Below are positions 1 through 8,388 of a stretch of DNA of 30,309 nt, piece after piece. The number at the start of each line of letters is the position of its first letter. Position 1 is the stretch's first letter. Source of the DNA: Acidobacteriota bacterium (lineage in GTDB: Bacteria; Actinomycetota; Acidimicrobiia; Spongiisociales; UBA5794); NCBI GenBank assembly GCA_022574065.1, contig JACZST010000002.1, positions 1 through 30,309 of the forward strand, given 5' to 3'. The notes under the pieces were generated by a model that saw only the letters and a program-made list of their open reading frames with translations, ran no database searches and was not told the origin of the DNA. The position numbers and the translations under genes are program-made.

Positions 1-892
1 CAGTCCGAGGATCAGATCGCCTTCCCAGTGTCCAGGCACGGCACGGTCGTCGGCTCGGCGGGACGTTCGCTGATCATGATCTCGGGAGAAACGAACTTCT
101 TGCCCCGTCCCCGGGTGCGTGCTAGGGGGACCCGCAGCGCTCGTCCGGTCCGCAAGCACGCGACGAGCTCGCGTTTGAGAGCGCCGCGGCCTTGCACGTA
201 GAGGGCTTGTAGATGGCCTCATGAGAGATTCGCATCGCCTCATCATCGGGGAAATCGACCCTAAGCCGATTCGAGATCTGCTCCGGACTCCACGACTTCG
301 CCCACCGCCGATCAGCTCGCTGCCCGTGACGGCGACCGACCCACTTCACCTCAGGGCCCGGCACCAGCTCACCGTCCGGCCTGGCGATCATGCCGGCAAG
401 GCGGTCCTGCACGTACTCGCGAAGCGCGTCGTTCGCAGCGAGCTTGGAGACCTTCGGACGGCTGGCGCGCCGTTCCGCGTGCCACTGCGCCGTCGTTGCC
501 CGATAGACCACGGCATGACTACGAGTTGACGCGTTACGACGCAACTCTCGCGAGATCGTCGACGGTGAACGACCCAGACGGCGAGCGATCTCACGCACAC
601 CAAGATGCTGCGCGTGCAAGATCGCGATCTCTTCTCGCTCGGCAAACGACAAATAGCGCTCCGACACCGGAGCCAAACAGATCGGCGGCATCCCACCAGC
701 CTGTCGGAACCATCTCGAACCAACCGGCTGCGACACGCCAGCCTCACCAGCCGCATCCTCACTCGACAAACCACGAGCGATCGCTTCCCAGAACCGGACC
801 CGGTCCTCACGCCGCGCTGTCGACGGCCGGCCAGGCGACCAGATCTGGCCACGCATCGCACGAATCGCCTGCTGACGCTTGCCAACACCCAT
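1..892 (-). pseudogene. IS30-family transposase, frameshifted and partial
   Basis: HTH region YLSFAEREEIA...REIARRLGRSPSTISRELRRN, then WSPEQIS and ISHEAIY. A 1-bp loss near 205 shifts to QGRGALKRELVACLRTGR, and a second 1-bp loss near 52 shifts to the frame encoding DDRAVPGHWEGDLILG, the first catalytic Asp motif of IS30 transposases. Confidence 0.88.
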
Positions 893-939
893 CGCAACTC
901 CTCACTCTCGAGGTGTTGCGACGACCCCTTGAACCTGAG
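1..939 (-). mobile_element. IS30-family element, left part; runs off the window at base 1
   Basis: The IS3 orfB frame breaks after ...HSDHGTQ (codon 942-940) into unrelated DNA (minus strand CTCAGGTTCAAGGGGTCGTCGCAACAC...), followed by GAGGAG, ATG at 892 and an IS30-type transposase. The exact end is uncertain by a few bp. Confidence 0.8.
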
Positions 940-1537
940 TTGGGTGCCGTGGTCGGAGTGGATCACGGTGGCGTCTGTCGGGTTGCGGTTTCCGATCGCC
1001 ATCCCTAGCGCTGAGGTGACCAGGTTGGCGGTGGGAGTCGAGTCGATCGACCATCCCACCACTCGCCTGGAGAACACGTCGAGGACGACGGCGCAGTAGA
1101 CCTTGCCTTCCCTCGTCCGGTGTTCGGTGATGTCGGTCACCCACAGCCGGTCGGGTTCGGTGCGGGTGAACTGACGGTCGACCAGATCCGCAGCGGTGGC
1201 ACCAGGAATGACGAGCCGTCGACGACGTCGACTCCCGGGAAGACCCGCCAGACCAGCCCTCCGCATCAGCATCGCCACCGCATTGTGACCCACGGTGATC
1301 CCATACCCCATGGTCAGCTCGGCGTGTACCCGATGCGCCCCATAGGTGCCTCGGGAGGCGGCGTGAACCCGGCGGATCATGTCGGTCAGCCACACGTGCC
1401 GGATAGCCCGGGCCGACGGTGGACGACTTCTCTAGGCGTAGAACCCCGACTCAGAGACGCCCAGCACCCGACAGGCGGTCTGCACCGGCAGGCCCTCTCC
1501 GACGATCACAGCGATCGTATCGAACCGTCTTTTGGGG
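940..1537 (-). pseudogene. IS3 OrfB (DDE integrase-core) fragment
   Basis: The -1 frame reads PKRRFDTIAV...ACRVLGVSESGFYA*RSRPPS...GTYGAHRVHAEL...LWVTDITEH...VVLDVFSRRVVGW...IHSDHGTQ. It has an in-frame TAG at 1434-1432 where Trp is expected and is truncated after the second catalytic Asp. Confidence 0.88.
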
Positions 1538-1811
1538 ACACCACCTGAGCCTTCAACAGCTGGTTCGAACGGCGAGTGACTGCCAGCTCAGTCTCCAACT
1601 CGGTAATCCGCCGGCGAGCAGCCCGCAGCTCAGCCTGCTCAGACGACGACAGACCCGGTGCCTGGCCGGTGTCGACCAGCTCTTGTTTCCGCCACGTGTA
1701 GATCGTCTGATCACTCACCCCCAGATCGGCGGCCACCGAGGCCACCGACCTCCCAGCAGCCAACAGATCGAGAACCTTACGGCGGAACTCGGGTGGATAA
1801 CGGTATGGCAT
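1506..1811 (-). CDS. IS3 OrfA (HTH transposase subunit)
   Basis: MPYRYPPEFRRKVLDLLAAGRSVASVAADLGVSDQTIYTWRKQ...ELRAARRRITELETEL, with GAAGGAGG ribosome-binding site upstream. Confidence 0.9.
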   Translation of the reverse strand: MPYRYPPEFRRKVLDLLAAGRSVASVAADLGVSDQTIYTWRKQELVDTGQAPGLSSSEQAELRAARRRITELETELAVTRRSNQLLKAQVVSPKDGSIRSL

Positions 1812-1884
1812 GCGGACCCTCCTTCACGGGTCTCAAGCATGACCGATTCCAGTGTCCCCACTCCACGAAACCCGGGCAATATCA

Positions 1885-1912
1885 GAGTCTCCACTCAACC
1901 CAGGGCGATTCA
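1885..1912 (-). repeat. Second IS3-family (IS6110/IS51-like) 28-bp terminal inverted repeat directly abutting copy A
   Basis: Minus strand TGAATCGCCCTGGGTTGAGTGGAGACTC is 28 bp and has the same start and end pattern as the IS6110 repeat as I recall it (TGAACCGCCC...GGAGACTC). Confidence 0.65.
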
Positions 1913-2003
1913 ATCCTCACGATGCAGCTCATTTGGAGCGTGTGGTCTCTCGCCTGAACGGCGGATTGGCGCCGCGCAACACGACACAACGGATTGCGCG
2001 CGG

Positions 2004-2399
2004 ATGAGCGAGTCGAGCGGTTACCCGAGCAATGAGATTGATAGACGAGTCTCGCCAGGCGGTCTCGTTTGCCCTCTGGTCACGCCGCTTGTCGGAGAAT
2101 CGGAGGAGTCGAACGAACAAGCATTACGTTTCCATACCGAGTGGCTCATACCGCAAGTCGACGGCCTCTTTCTCCTGAGGTCCTCAGGAGAGTTTCCCAT
2201 GCTTCCGCAGCGAGTGGCGACGCAGGTTCTCGACGTCGCTGTTGAACAGGTCGCGGGCCGGTTGCCGTTACTGGTCGGGGTAGAGGACACCGGAACTCGC
2301 CGAACGCTCAACAACTTGATGAATGTGGCACACCGATCAGTGGACTATGTCGTTGTGACGGCACCGTTTTACCAGGCGTACGACACTCAGGACCCATAG
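2004..2399 (+). pseudogene. DapA/NanA-family (class I aldolase/lyase) N-terminal fragment, about 131 aa
   Basis: GLVCPLVTPL, VDGLFLLRSSGEFPML, QVAGRLPLLVGV and VDYVVVTAPFY match the family N-terminal half. It stops before the YNIP and catalytic-Lys (GIKDS) region, and no continuation was found. Confidence 0.8.
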
Positions 2400-2533
2400 G
2401 TGGCGCGAATTCCCCAGGCATTGTGACGTCACCTACTCTCGACCTGTTCCAGTCTTCGTACCCTCCTTCTCCACCACGAACCCACTGGCTCGAGCAAGCA
2501 ACCTCCGAGGCAGCGGCCCAACCTGGTTATTAG

Positions 2534-4091
2534 CCCCGATCATTCACGGATGCGTTTGAGCTGAGGTGCGGTATCCGCGGAAAAGCCGTTCCTGCCTGGG
2601 ATGATTCGTGTTGCAAAAGCACGTATCAACCCGAGTAGAAGGGCATCTCCGAGGTGAACGCTAACAGCACCAGAAACGTGACGGTGGAAGGCGACGGCTC
2701 TCAGGTGGTGGGCCATGTGGGTTTGCACGCTTTGGGCGGGTCCGCTGACCGGATGGGGGTCGGCGACGCGCTATCTCAGGCGTTGGGGTGGCAGGGCCCG
2801 GGGGTGCCAGTTCATGACCTGATCTTGGACGCTCCAGCGGTTGTCCGTGCCGGGGAGGCCGTCGCCCGCATCCGGTCCCAGGTGTGGACCCGCAGCGCGT
2901 CGACGACTGGCACCGGCCCGGTGGTCTTGGACCTGGACGCGTCGCTGGTGGAGATCCATTCGGAGAACAAGGAAGGCGCCGCGGCACACTTCAAGGGCGG
3001 GTTCGGTTTTCACCCGGTGTTCTGTTTTGCCGACGCGACCGGTAAGGCGCTGGCTGCCACGCTGCGGCCAGGCAACGCCACCGCCAACGACGCCGCTGAC
3101 CTGCTTGGTGTCCTCGACGCCGGGATGGTTCAGCTGCCCGCCGATGTCATGGCCGGTCACTGTGTCGCCGACGATCTCGGCAAGGTTCGCCGCCGGGTAG
3201 TGGTGCGCTCGGACTCGGCGGGCTGCTCGGCCGGGTTCGTGGACGGTTGCCGGTCCCGCAACATCGGCTTCCAGGTGGTGGCCCGCCGAAAAGCCACTGT
3301 TTCAGCGGCCGTCACGGCGGCCAACATCGACGACGACCGGTGGGTGAGGGCCCTAGACCAAGACGGCATCCCAGCGGCGCCCAAGCCCGGAGGAGACAAG
3401 GTCGCCATGGTTGTGATGTCACCGATCTGGTCGACCTGACCGGCTGGCCCCACCGAACCCGGCCGAGCATCCGGCGCGAGCCGCTGCATCCCGGTGCCCA
3501 GCAAAGCCTCCTGCCCGATCTCGAATACCGGTTCTGGGGCCACTACACCGACCACGAAGGCGACCCCGCCGAACTGGATCGCCAGATGCGGGCCCACGCC
3601 CACATCGAGGACCACATCAGCCGGCTCAAGGATTCGGGGCTTGTGTCGGTTCCCCTTCACCGATTTCGCCGCCAACACGGCGTGGCTCCAGGTCGTGTGT
3701 TGGGCAGCGGACCTGGTCCGCTGGTTCCAGCTGCTCTGCCTCACCGGCCCTCTAGCCCGGGCGCTACTCAAACGGCTGCGCTGACAACTCTGGCATGCCC
3801 CCGCCCGCATCATCCGAACCGCCCGCCGCGACATTATCCGTATCCTCAACGGCTGGCCCACCGCCCCCGACATCCTCACCGTCTACAGACACGTCGCCGC
3901 GTTCACCTGACCAGCGCCCCGCTCCAATCCGCAACACCAGCCGTGGGACGGCCACGCCCTCACCTCGACCGAACCAGCCACCTCAGCACCATGAAAACCT
4001 CGACATACGCTGATCAGCGAACCATCGCCAAGGGAACACCCCAACCACTCAACGACACCGGTCAACCCGGATCTGCGTTGAAGGATCGGGG
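2534..4091 (+). mobile_element. IS1380-family element, decayed
   Basis: Inverted repeats CCCCGATCATTCA (from 2534) and TGAAGGATCGGGG (ending 4091), flanked by TTAG and CTAG, enclose an IS1380-type transposase remnant. Confidence 0.8.
2654..3910 (+). pseudogene. IS1380-family transposase pseudogene
   Basis: GHVGLHALG, VVLDLDASLVEIHSENKEGAAAHFKGGFGFHP, VVVRSDSAG, REPLHPGAQ, RAHAHIEDHISRLKDSGL and FPFTDFAANTAWL are present. Frameshifts lie near 3412 and 3641, there is an in-frame TGA at 3782-3784, and an N-terminal internal deletion is likely near 2815-2825. Confidence 0.85.
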
Positions 4092-4111
4092 CTAGCTGAG
4101 GGCTAGCTGAG
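4090..4111 (+). repeat. Exact 11-bp tandem duplication GGCTAGCTGAG x2 across the IS1380 right end
   Basis: Positions 4090-4100 and 4101-4111 are identical. Confidence 0.9.
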
Positions 4112-4509
4112 ACGCTGTCCCGACACCCCAGTTCGACAACGGCTTACCCGCTCTCTCTGTGGAAAAAGAACCTGCGGTGGAACTGACTGGACCCGTAGCC
4201 CTGACCCCCTCATGGCGAGCGAGTCTGTAGCAAGGACTCAACTGGGAATGCCTACAAGACCTTGTGGATGGGCGACTCTGGTTCGGGTCATAGCGCCTGT
4301 TGCATCGTTTTCGGTCCTCATGTCGTCGCGGGCGCACTCACGATTGGTCAGTTGGGGGGCTATGGGGATCCTTTTCAGGGTGGGCATAGAAAGGTAGCAC
4401 TGCGACGCGATGTCGATCACTCCACTGTACGTCGATCGCGGCCGGCGGAGACTAAACGCTGCAGTGGCCTTTTGAGTCGACCAAGGCTTTGGAACGCCGG
4501 GGGATCTCT

Positions 4510-5667
4510 TCATGACCAATTCCTCACAGCATTGGCCAGGCTGCTGATTCCCTCAGTAATCGTGTTTTCGTCGGCGGCAAGCGACACTCGGACCATCCCT
4601 CTTGAGCGTGTTCCGAAAGCGTCTCCTGGTGCGACGGCCACGTGGTACTCGTCGACTAGTCGTCGGCAGAACTCGTACGAGTTCATGCCGCATGAGGCTA
4701 TGTTCGCCATGATGTAAAAGGCACCGCTAGGTTCGGTTATCAGCAGCCTTTCAGAGTCAAGAAGGCGCACAGCAAGATCGCGCCGTTGTCGATATTCCTC
4801 TTGTCTTTCGCCAACCAACTCCTGAGAGCCTCCCAGGGCAGCCTCTGCGGCCTTTTGCGACACGCTCGAAGCGCAAGCCGTGACGATCTCTTGGGTCTTC
4901 GCTAGGGTGTCCGCTAGTTCCGATGAAGCTGCCAGATACCCGAGGCGCCAGCCTGTCATTGCGTAGGTTTTTGACATGCTGAAGATGCTTATGACACGTC
5001 CGCTGTCATCGAACCGAGCCGCGCTGACGTGCTCCCCATCGAAAACAATCTCCTCGTAGCACTCATCGGACAACACATACATCTCGTTTTCTTTTGCGAT
5101 TCTGACCATCTGAGCAAGTGTTTCGGCGTCGAACACAGCGCCGGTCGGGTTGGATGGAGTGTTGATGACCAGGATCTTGGAATGCGGCGTGGTCTGGCAC
5201 AGGTGATCGAGGGCTTCGAGATCCGGCAGGAAGGCTTCCCCGGCCAGCAGCGGATAACCGACGGATACTGCCCCCATGGCGGTCGCGGCCATGGCAAAGT
5301 TCGGCCAACCAGGGTCAGGCACCAGCACCGCGTCATCGGGGTCGAGAAGGGCAAGGTATGTGAGCAGAATCGCGTTGGTAGCCCCATTCGCGACCACAAT
5401 CTGTTCGGTAGCGACCTCTAAACCATTTCTCTGCTTGAGTTTCTGGCGGATTGCCGCACGAAGGTCCGGAGTCCCTCGGTTCGGCGTGTATTTTGTATGC
5501 CCCGACTCGGCCGCCGAGGCTGCCGCCCGGATCACGTGAGGAGGTGTGTCGAAGTTCGGTTCTCCGACTTCGAGATGCAGAGTTCCGGGTGTGGCCCATG
5601 CCAGATCCATTATCTCGCGAATTCCTGACCGACGCATGGCGGACACTCCGGCAGCAAGCGATTTCAT
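4510..5667 (-). CDS. Class I/II PLP-dependent aminotransferase (AspC-like)
   Basis: LHLEVGEPNFDTP, YTPNRGTPDLR, INTPSNPTGAV, SDECY, SMSKTYAMTGWRLGY (PLP Lys) and GMVRVSL. ATGA overlap with the upstream kinase stop. Confidence 0.93.
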   Translation of the reverse strand: MKSLAAGVSAMRRSGIREIMDLAWATPGTLHLEVGEPNFDTPPHVIRAAASAAESGHTKYTPNRGTPDLRAAIRQKLKQRNGLEVATEQIVVANGATNAILLTYLALLDPDDAVLVPDPGWPNFAMAATAMGAVSVGYPLLAGEAFLPDLEALDHLCQTTPHSKILVINTPSNPTGAVFDAETLAQMVRIAKENEMYVLSDECYEEIVFDGEHVSAARFDDSGRVISIFSMSKTYAMTGWRLGYLAASSELADTLAKTQEIVTACASSVSQKAAEAALGGSQELVGERQEEYRQRRDLAVRLLDSERLLITEPSGAFYIMANIASCGMNSYEFCRRLVDEYHVAVAPGDAFGTRSRGMVRVSLAADENTITEGISSLANAVRNWS

Positions 5668-6620
5668 CGTTCCACGTCTAGAGATGTGCGACTTCTGACG
5701 GTATCGATGTCGCGAGAGTCTGCAATGAGCGTGTCTCCGTACAACCCAAGAGTCAGCGCGGCCATTGCGAGTCCACGCCGGACTCCTTCCGTGAGGTCTC
5801 CGTCCAAGAGTCCGGTGATAACTCCGGCAGCGAAGGCGTCGCCTGCCCCCACACGGTCCACAATCTCCGTCTCATATGCCGGCTCTCGCTTACAGAAACC
5901 ACTTTCGATCCATGCGGCGCCCTCCGATCCCAGAGTCATGACGACTGCGGACACCCCCAGGATGTCGATGAGCTCCGATAGGGCGGCAGACGGTTCAGAT
6001 TGCACGTTGAACACGATTGCCGCGTCGCTCCGGGTGAGGATTACCAGAGAAGCCAAACTGCACAGAGGCCGGAGAATGTCACGCGCCTTGCTTGAGGACC
6101 ACAGTTGCGACCGGTAGTTGACGTCGACCACGACCTTCACGCCCGCCGCTGCGGCGCGAGTGACTACCTCTTGTGTGAGTTCACGGCACCCATCTGAAAG
6201 CGCAGGAGTGATCCCCGAAACGAAGAGCACGGACGCCGCCTCGACGAAATCCCAGTCGATATCACGAGATGTCATCGCTGATGCCGAAGAAGCCTGTCGA
6301 TCATATATGACCTCGACAGGTCTCGGAGGAGAGTTTTGCTCGACGAAATATGCGCCGAGCCGTTCCCCGGCTACCCAAGTGATGTTAGATGCGTCCACGC
6401 CGTGCCGCCCGAGTTCTCCGGCAACTCGCCGACCGAGACTGCTGTTCGGAAGTCGTGACATCCATGCCACCGACCGCCCCATGCGCGCAAGTGCGATTGC
6501 TACGTTGAACTCTGCTCCCGCCATCGAGACGAAATACCGGTGGGCTGTCTCGATTCGCTCGCCCTTTGGCACCGACAGGCGCAACATTGCCTCTCCGAAT
6601 GTGACAACGTCGGGACTCAC
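5664..6620 (-). CDS. PfkB-family carbohydrate kinase, 2-keto-3-deoxygluconate-kinase-like
   Basis: VVTFGEAMLRLS, AGAEFNVAIALARMG, YDRQASSAS, GITPALS, VDVNYRSQLW and DRVGAGDAFAAG. Start reassigned to GTG at 6620 (GGAAGG upstream) instead of 6731. Confidence 0.9.
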   Translation of the reverse strand: MSPDVVTFGEAMLRLSVPKGERIETAHRYFVSMAGAEFNVAIALARMGRSVAWMSRLPNSSLGRRVAGELGRHGVDASNITWVAGERLGAYFVEQNSPPRPVEVIYDRQASSASAMTSRDIDWDFVEAASVLFVSGITPALSDGCRELTQEVVTRAAAAGVKVVVDVNYRSQLWSSSKARDILRPLCSLASLVILTRSDAAIVFNVQSEPSAALSELIDILGVSAVVMTLGSEGAAWIESGFCKREPAYETEIVDRVGAGDAFAAGVITGLLDGDLTEGVRRGLAMAALTLGLYGDTLIADSRDIDTVRSRTSLDVER

Positions 6621-6753
6621 GTGCGACCTTCCGCGACCCGAGAGCCGCTGGCAGCTAGGTACCATCTCAGAACCAGAAACAAGGCAGATCCTCCCCTCGA
6701 GGCCAAGAACTTGGCCTATCGGTGGCGACAAATGGAGGGATTGTCTCCTCCAC

Positions 6754-6765
6754 GGATATTATATC
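6754..6765. promoter_or_regulatory. TATAAT -10 box (minus strand) within the palindrome GATAT-T-ATATC; divergent kinase/GntR region; candidate operator
   Basis: Perfect TATAAT at 6763-6758 on the minus strand and an 11-bp palindrome at 6755-6765 in GC-rich DNA. Confidence 0.6.
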
Positions 6766-6879
6766 TTACGAGGCACCCAGGAAGAAGGGCTTCCTGAATA
6801 GGCAAGGTCTATTCGAGGGACTCGCAACCGGTAGGGCTATCATGCCTGGTGCAAATCACATGCCAAAGGTGCCGAGACC

Positions 6880-7557
6880 ATGACTGATACCGAAGTTGAT
6901 GCCCCGGTCTCGCTTGTAGACCGTGTCTACGCCGAGTTGCGTGAGGCGATCGTAGATGGGCGACGCGAGGCGGGCACGCCCCTGCGACTTCATGAACTGA
7001 CATCTGAGTTCGGTGTGTCCTTAATCCCGGTGCGCGAGGCCATTCGCAAACTCGAGGTCGAGCGACTCGTCGAGATGACTCCGAACAAAGGTGCTCGGGT
7101 GGCCGAACTTACCGTCGAGGATCTCTATGACAGCTACCGGGTGAGAGCCTCTCTCGAAGCCCAAGCGCTGCGGCTGGCATTTCCCAAGCTGTCCCCTGAG
7201 GACATCGTTGAGGCCCGCGAGATTGTCGACTCCATGGTGCAGGCTTACGACCACGATCCGAGGCTTAGCGCCGAACTGCATCGTGAGCTTCATTTCCTGA
7301 TATACGATCGAGCCGAGTCGGAGTGGCTCGGATATCTGATCAGACTTCTGTGGGCACACACCGAGCGATACCGGCGGCTCGGCACACCGGTGCCGTCGGG
7401 TGGAGATCTCGGAGGTGAACATCTTCGGATGCTTGATGCTTTGGCCGACGGCCGAATCGAGGCCGCCGTTGAAGCGCTTCAAACAGATCTAGAGGATACG
7501 GCCGATCGTGCGATGGTCCGGTTCACACGTCAACAATCACAAGACGCAGCAGGATGA
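6880..7557 (+). CDS. GntR-family transcriptional regulator (FCD domain)
   Basis: wHTH VYAELREAIVDG...LRLHELTSEFGVSLIPVREAIRKLE...PNKGARV, and FCD-type HRELHFLI...EHLRMLDAL. Confidence 0.93.
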   Translation: MTDTEVDAPVSLVDRVYAELREAIVDGRREAGTPLRLHELTSEFGVSLIPVREAIRKLEVERLVEMTPNKGARVAELTVEDLYDSYRVRASLEAQALRLAFPKLSPEDIVEAREIVDSMVQAYDHDPRLSAELHRELHFLIYDRAESEWLGYLIRLLWAHTERYRRLGTPVPSGGDLGGEHLRMLDALADGRIEAAVEALQTDLEDTADRAMVRFTRQQSQDAAG

Positions 7558-7626
7558 GAAGGTTTGAACGGCATCTCGCCCCGCACGCAGTGGTGGTATG
7601 TCGACCTGGCGGCTCTGCGAGTGCTG

Positions 7627-8379
7627 TCAGAAAGCCGCGAGCCGCCAGCCGCCGTCGATCGGTATGGTCACGCCAGTGACCACATCGAAACGAGGACCAC
7701 ATAGTTCGGCAACGATGGCTGCGACCTCGTCCCGAGTGACCAGCCGACCCAATGGTGTGGCGCGGGTGGCGCGCTCCACGAACGTCGGGTCGAACTCCGC
7801 CATGTCGTCCGCCGATTCGGCAATCTGGCCCGGAGCCACACAGTTCACGTTCACGTCCGGAGCAACCTCCACCGCGAGCCCTTCAGTGAACGTGATCAAG
7901 GCATCCTTGGCCAGGGTGTAGATCGAATGGTTCCGCACATATGCCGAACCCGCTGAAACGTTGACGACACGCCCCCAACCGAGCATCTCCGGAACCAACA
8001 ATCGGCTTGTCAGATAGGCAGCCTTCACGTTTGAAGTCCAAATACGGTCCCACTCGGATGGGTCGAGATCAACAAAGGATTCCATCGTGAAAGGCCCGGA
8101 GTTGTTGATCAGGAGATCGATAGGTCCGGGGGCCGCGGCAACGGCAGCATCGACCATGGCCCGGATCCCGCCTTCATGTGAGGTATCGCCGTAAACGGCT
8201 GCGTGGTCCCCAGCCGGGAGTCCCGCAATCAGCTCTTCGGCCTTGTCCATGGACTTGTGGTAGGTGACCAGAACATCGGCACCAGCATTGGCCAGGGCCT
8301 TGACGATGCTCGCTCCCAGGTTCCGCGAGGAAGCCGTTACCAGAGCCGTGTGGCCCTCCAAGTAGGTCTTTCCACTCAT
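7627..8379 (-). CDS. SDR-family oxidoreductase (paralogue 1)
   Basis: LVTASSRNLG, LINNSG, GRVVNVSA, YTLAK (YxxxK), VNCVAPG, TPLGR and TGVTIPIDGG. Confidence 0.9.
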   Translation of the reverse strand: MSGKTYLEGHTALVTASSRNLGASIVKALANAGADVLVTYHKSMDKAEELIAGLPAGDHAAVYGDTSHEGGIRAMVDAAVAAAPGPIDLLINNSGPFTMESFVDLDPSEWDRIWTSNVKAAYLTSRLLVPEMLGWGRVVNVSAGSAYVRNHSIYTLAKDALITFTEGLAVEVAPDVNVNCVAPGQIAESADDMAEFDPTFVERATRATPLGRLVTRDEVAAIVAELCGPRFDVVTGVTIPIDGGWRLAAF

Positions 8380-8388
8380 GGTCCCCCC

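Larger units (their letters stand above)
940..1884 (-). mobile_element. IS3-family element (copy A), interrupted by IS30
   Basis: Terminal repeat TGATATTGCCCGGGTTTCGTGGAG on the minus strand from 1884, then orfA, a CCCCAAAAG slippery site at 1537-1529 and orfB cut at 940. Confidence 0.85.

Noticed and set aside
40-215. Programmed frameshifting in the IS30 transposase
   Set aside because: The two shifts are single-base losses in GG and CC pairs with no slippery heptamer, and IS30 transposases are normally one ORF.
388-1395. 335-aa ORF in the track as a single protein
   Set aside because: It is an IS3 orfB fragment reading through into an off-frame of the IS30 element; the part after HSDHGTQ is not a real domain.
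2400-2533. Continuation of the DapA gene or another IS end
   Set aside because: Only a weak IPQ resemblance after the stop; no catalytic-Lys motif and no partner inverted repeat could be identified.
4112-4509. Short ORFs between IS1380 and the aminotransferase
   Set aside because: No recognisable motif, ribosome-binding site or RNA structure in any frame; treated as degenerate spacer.
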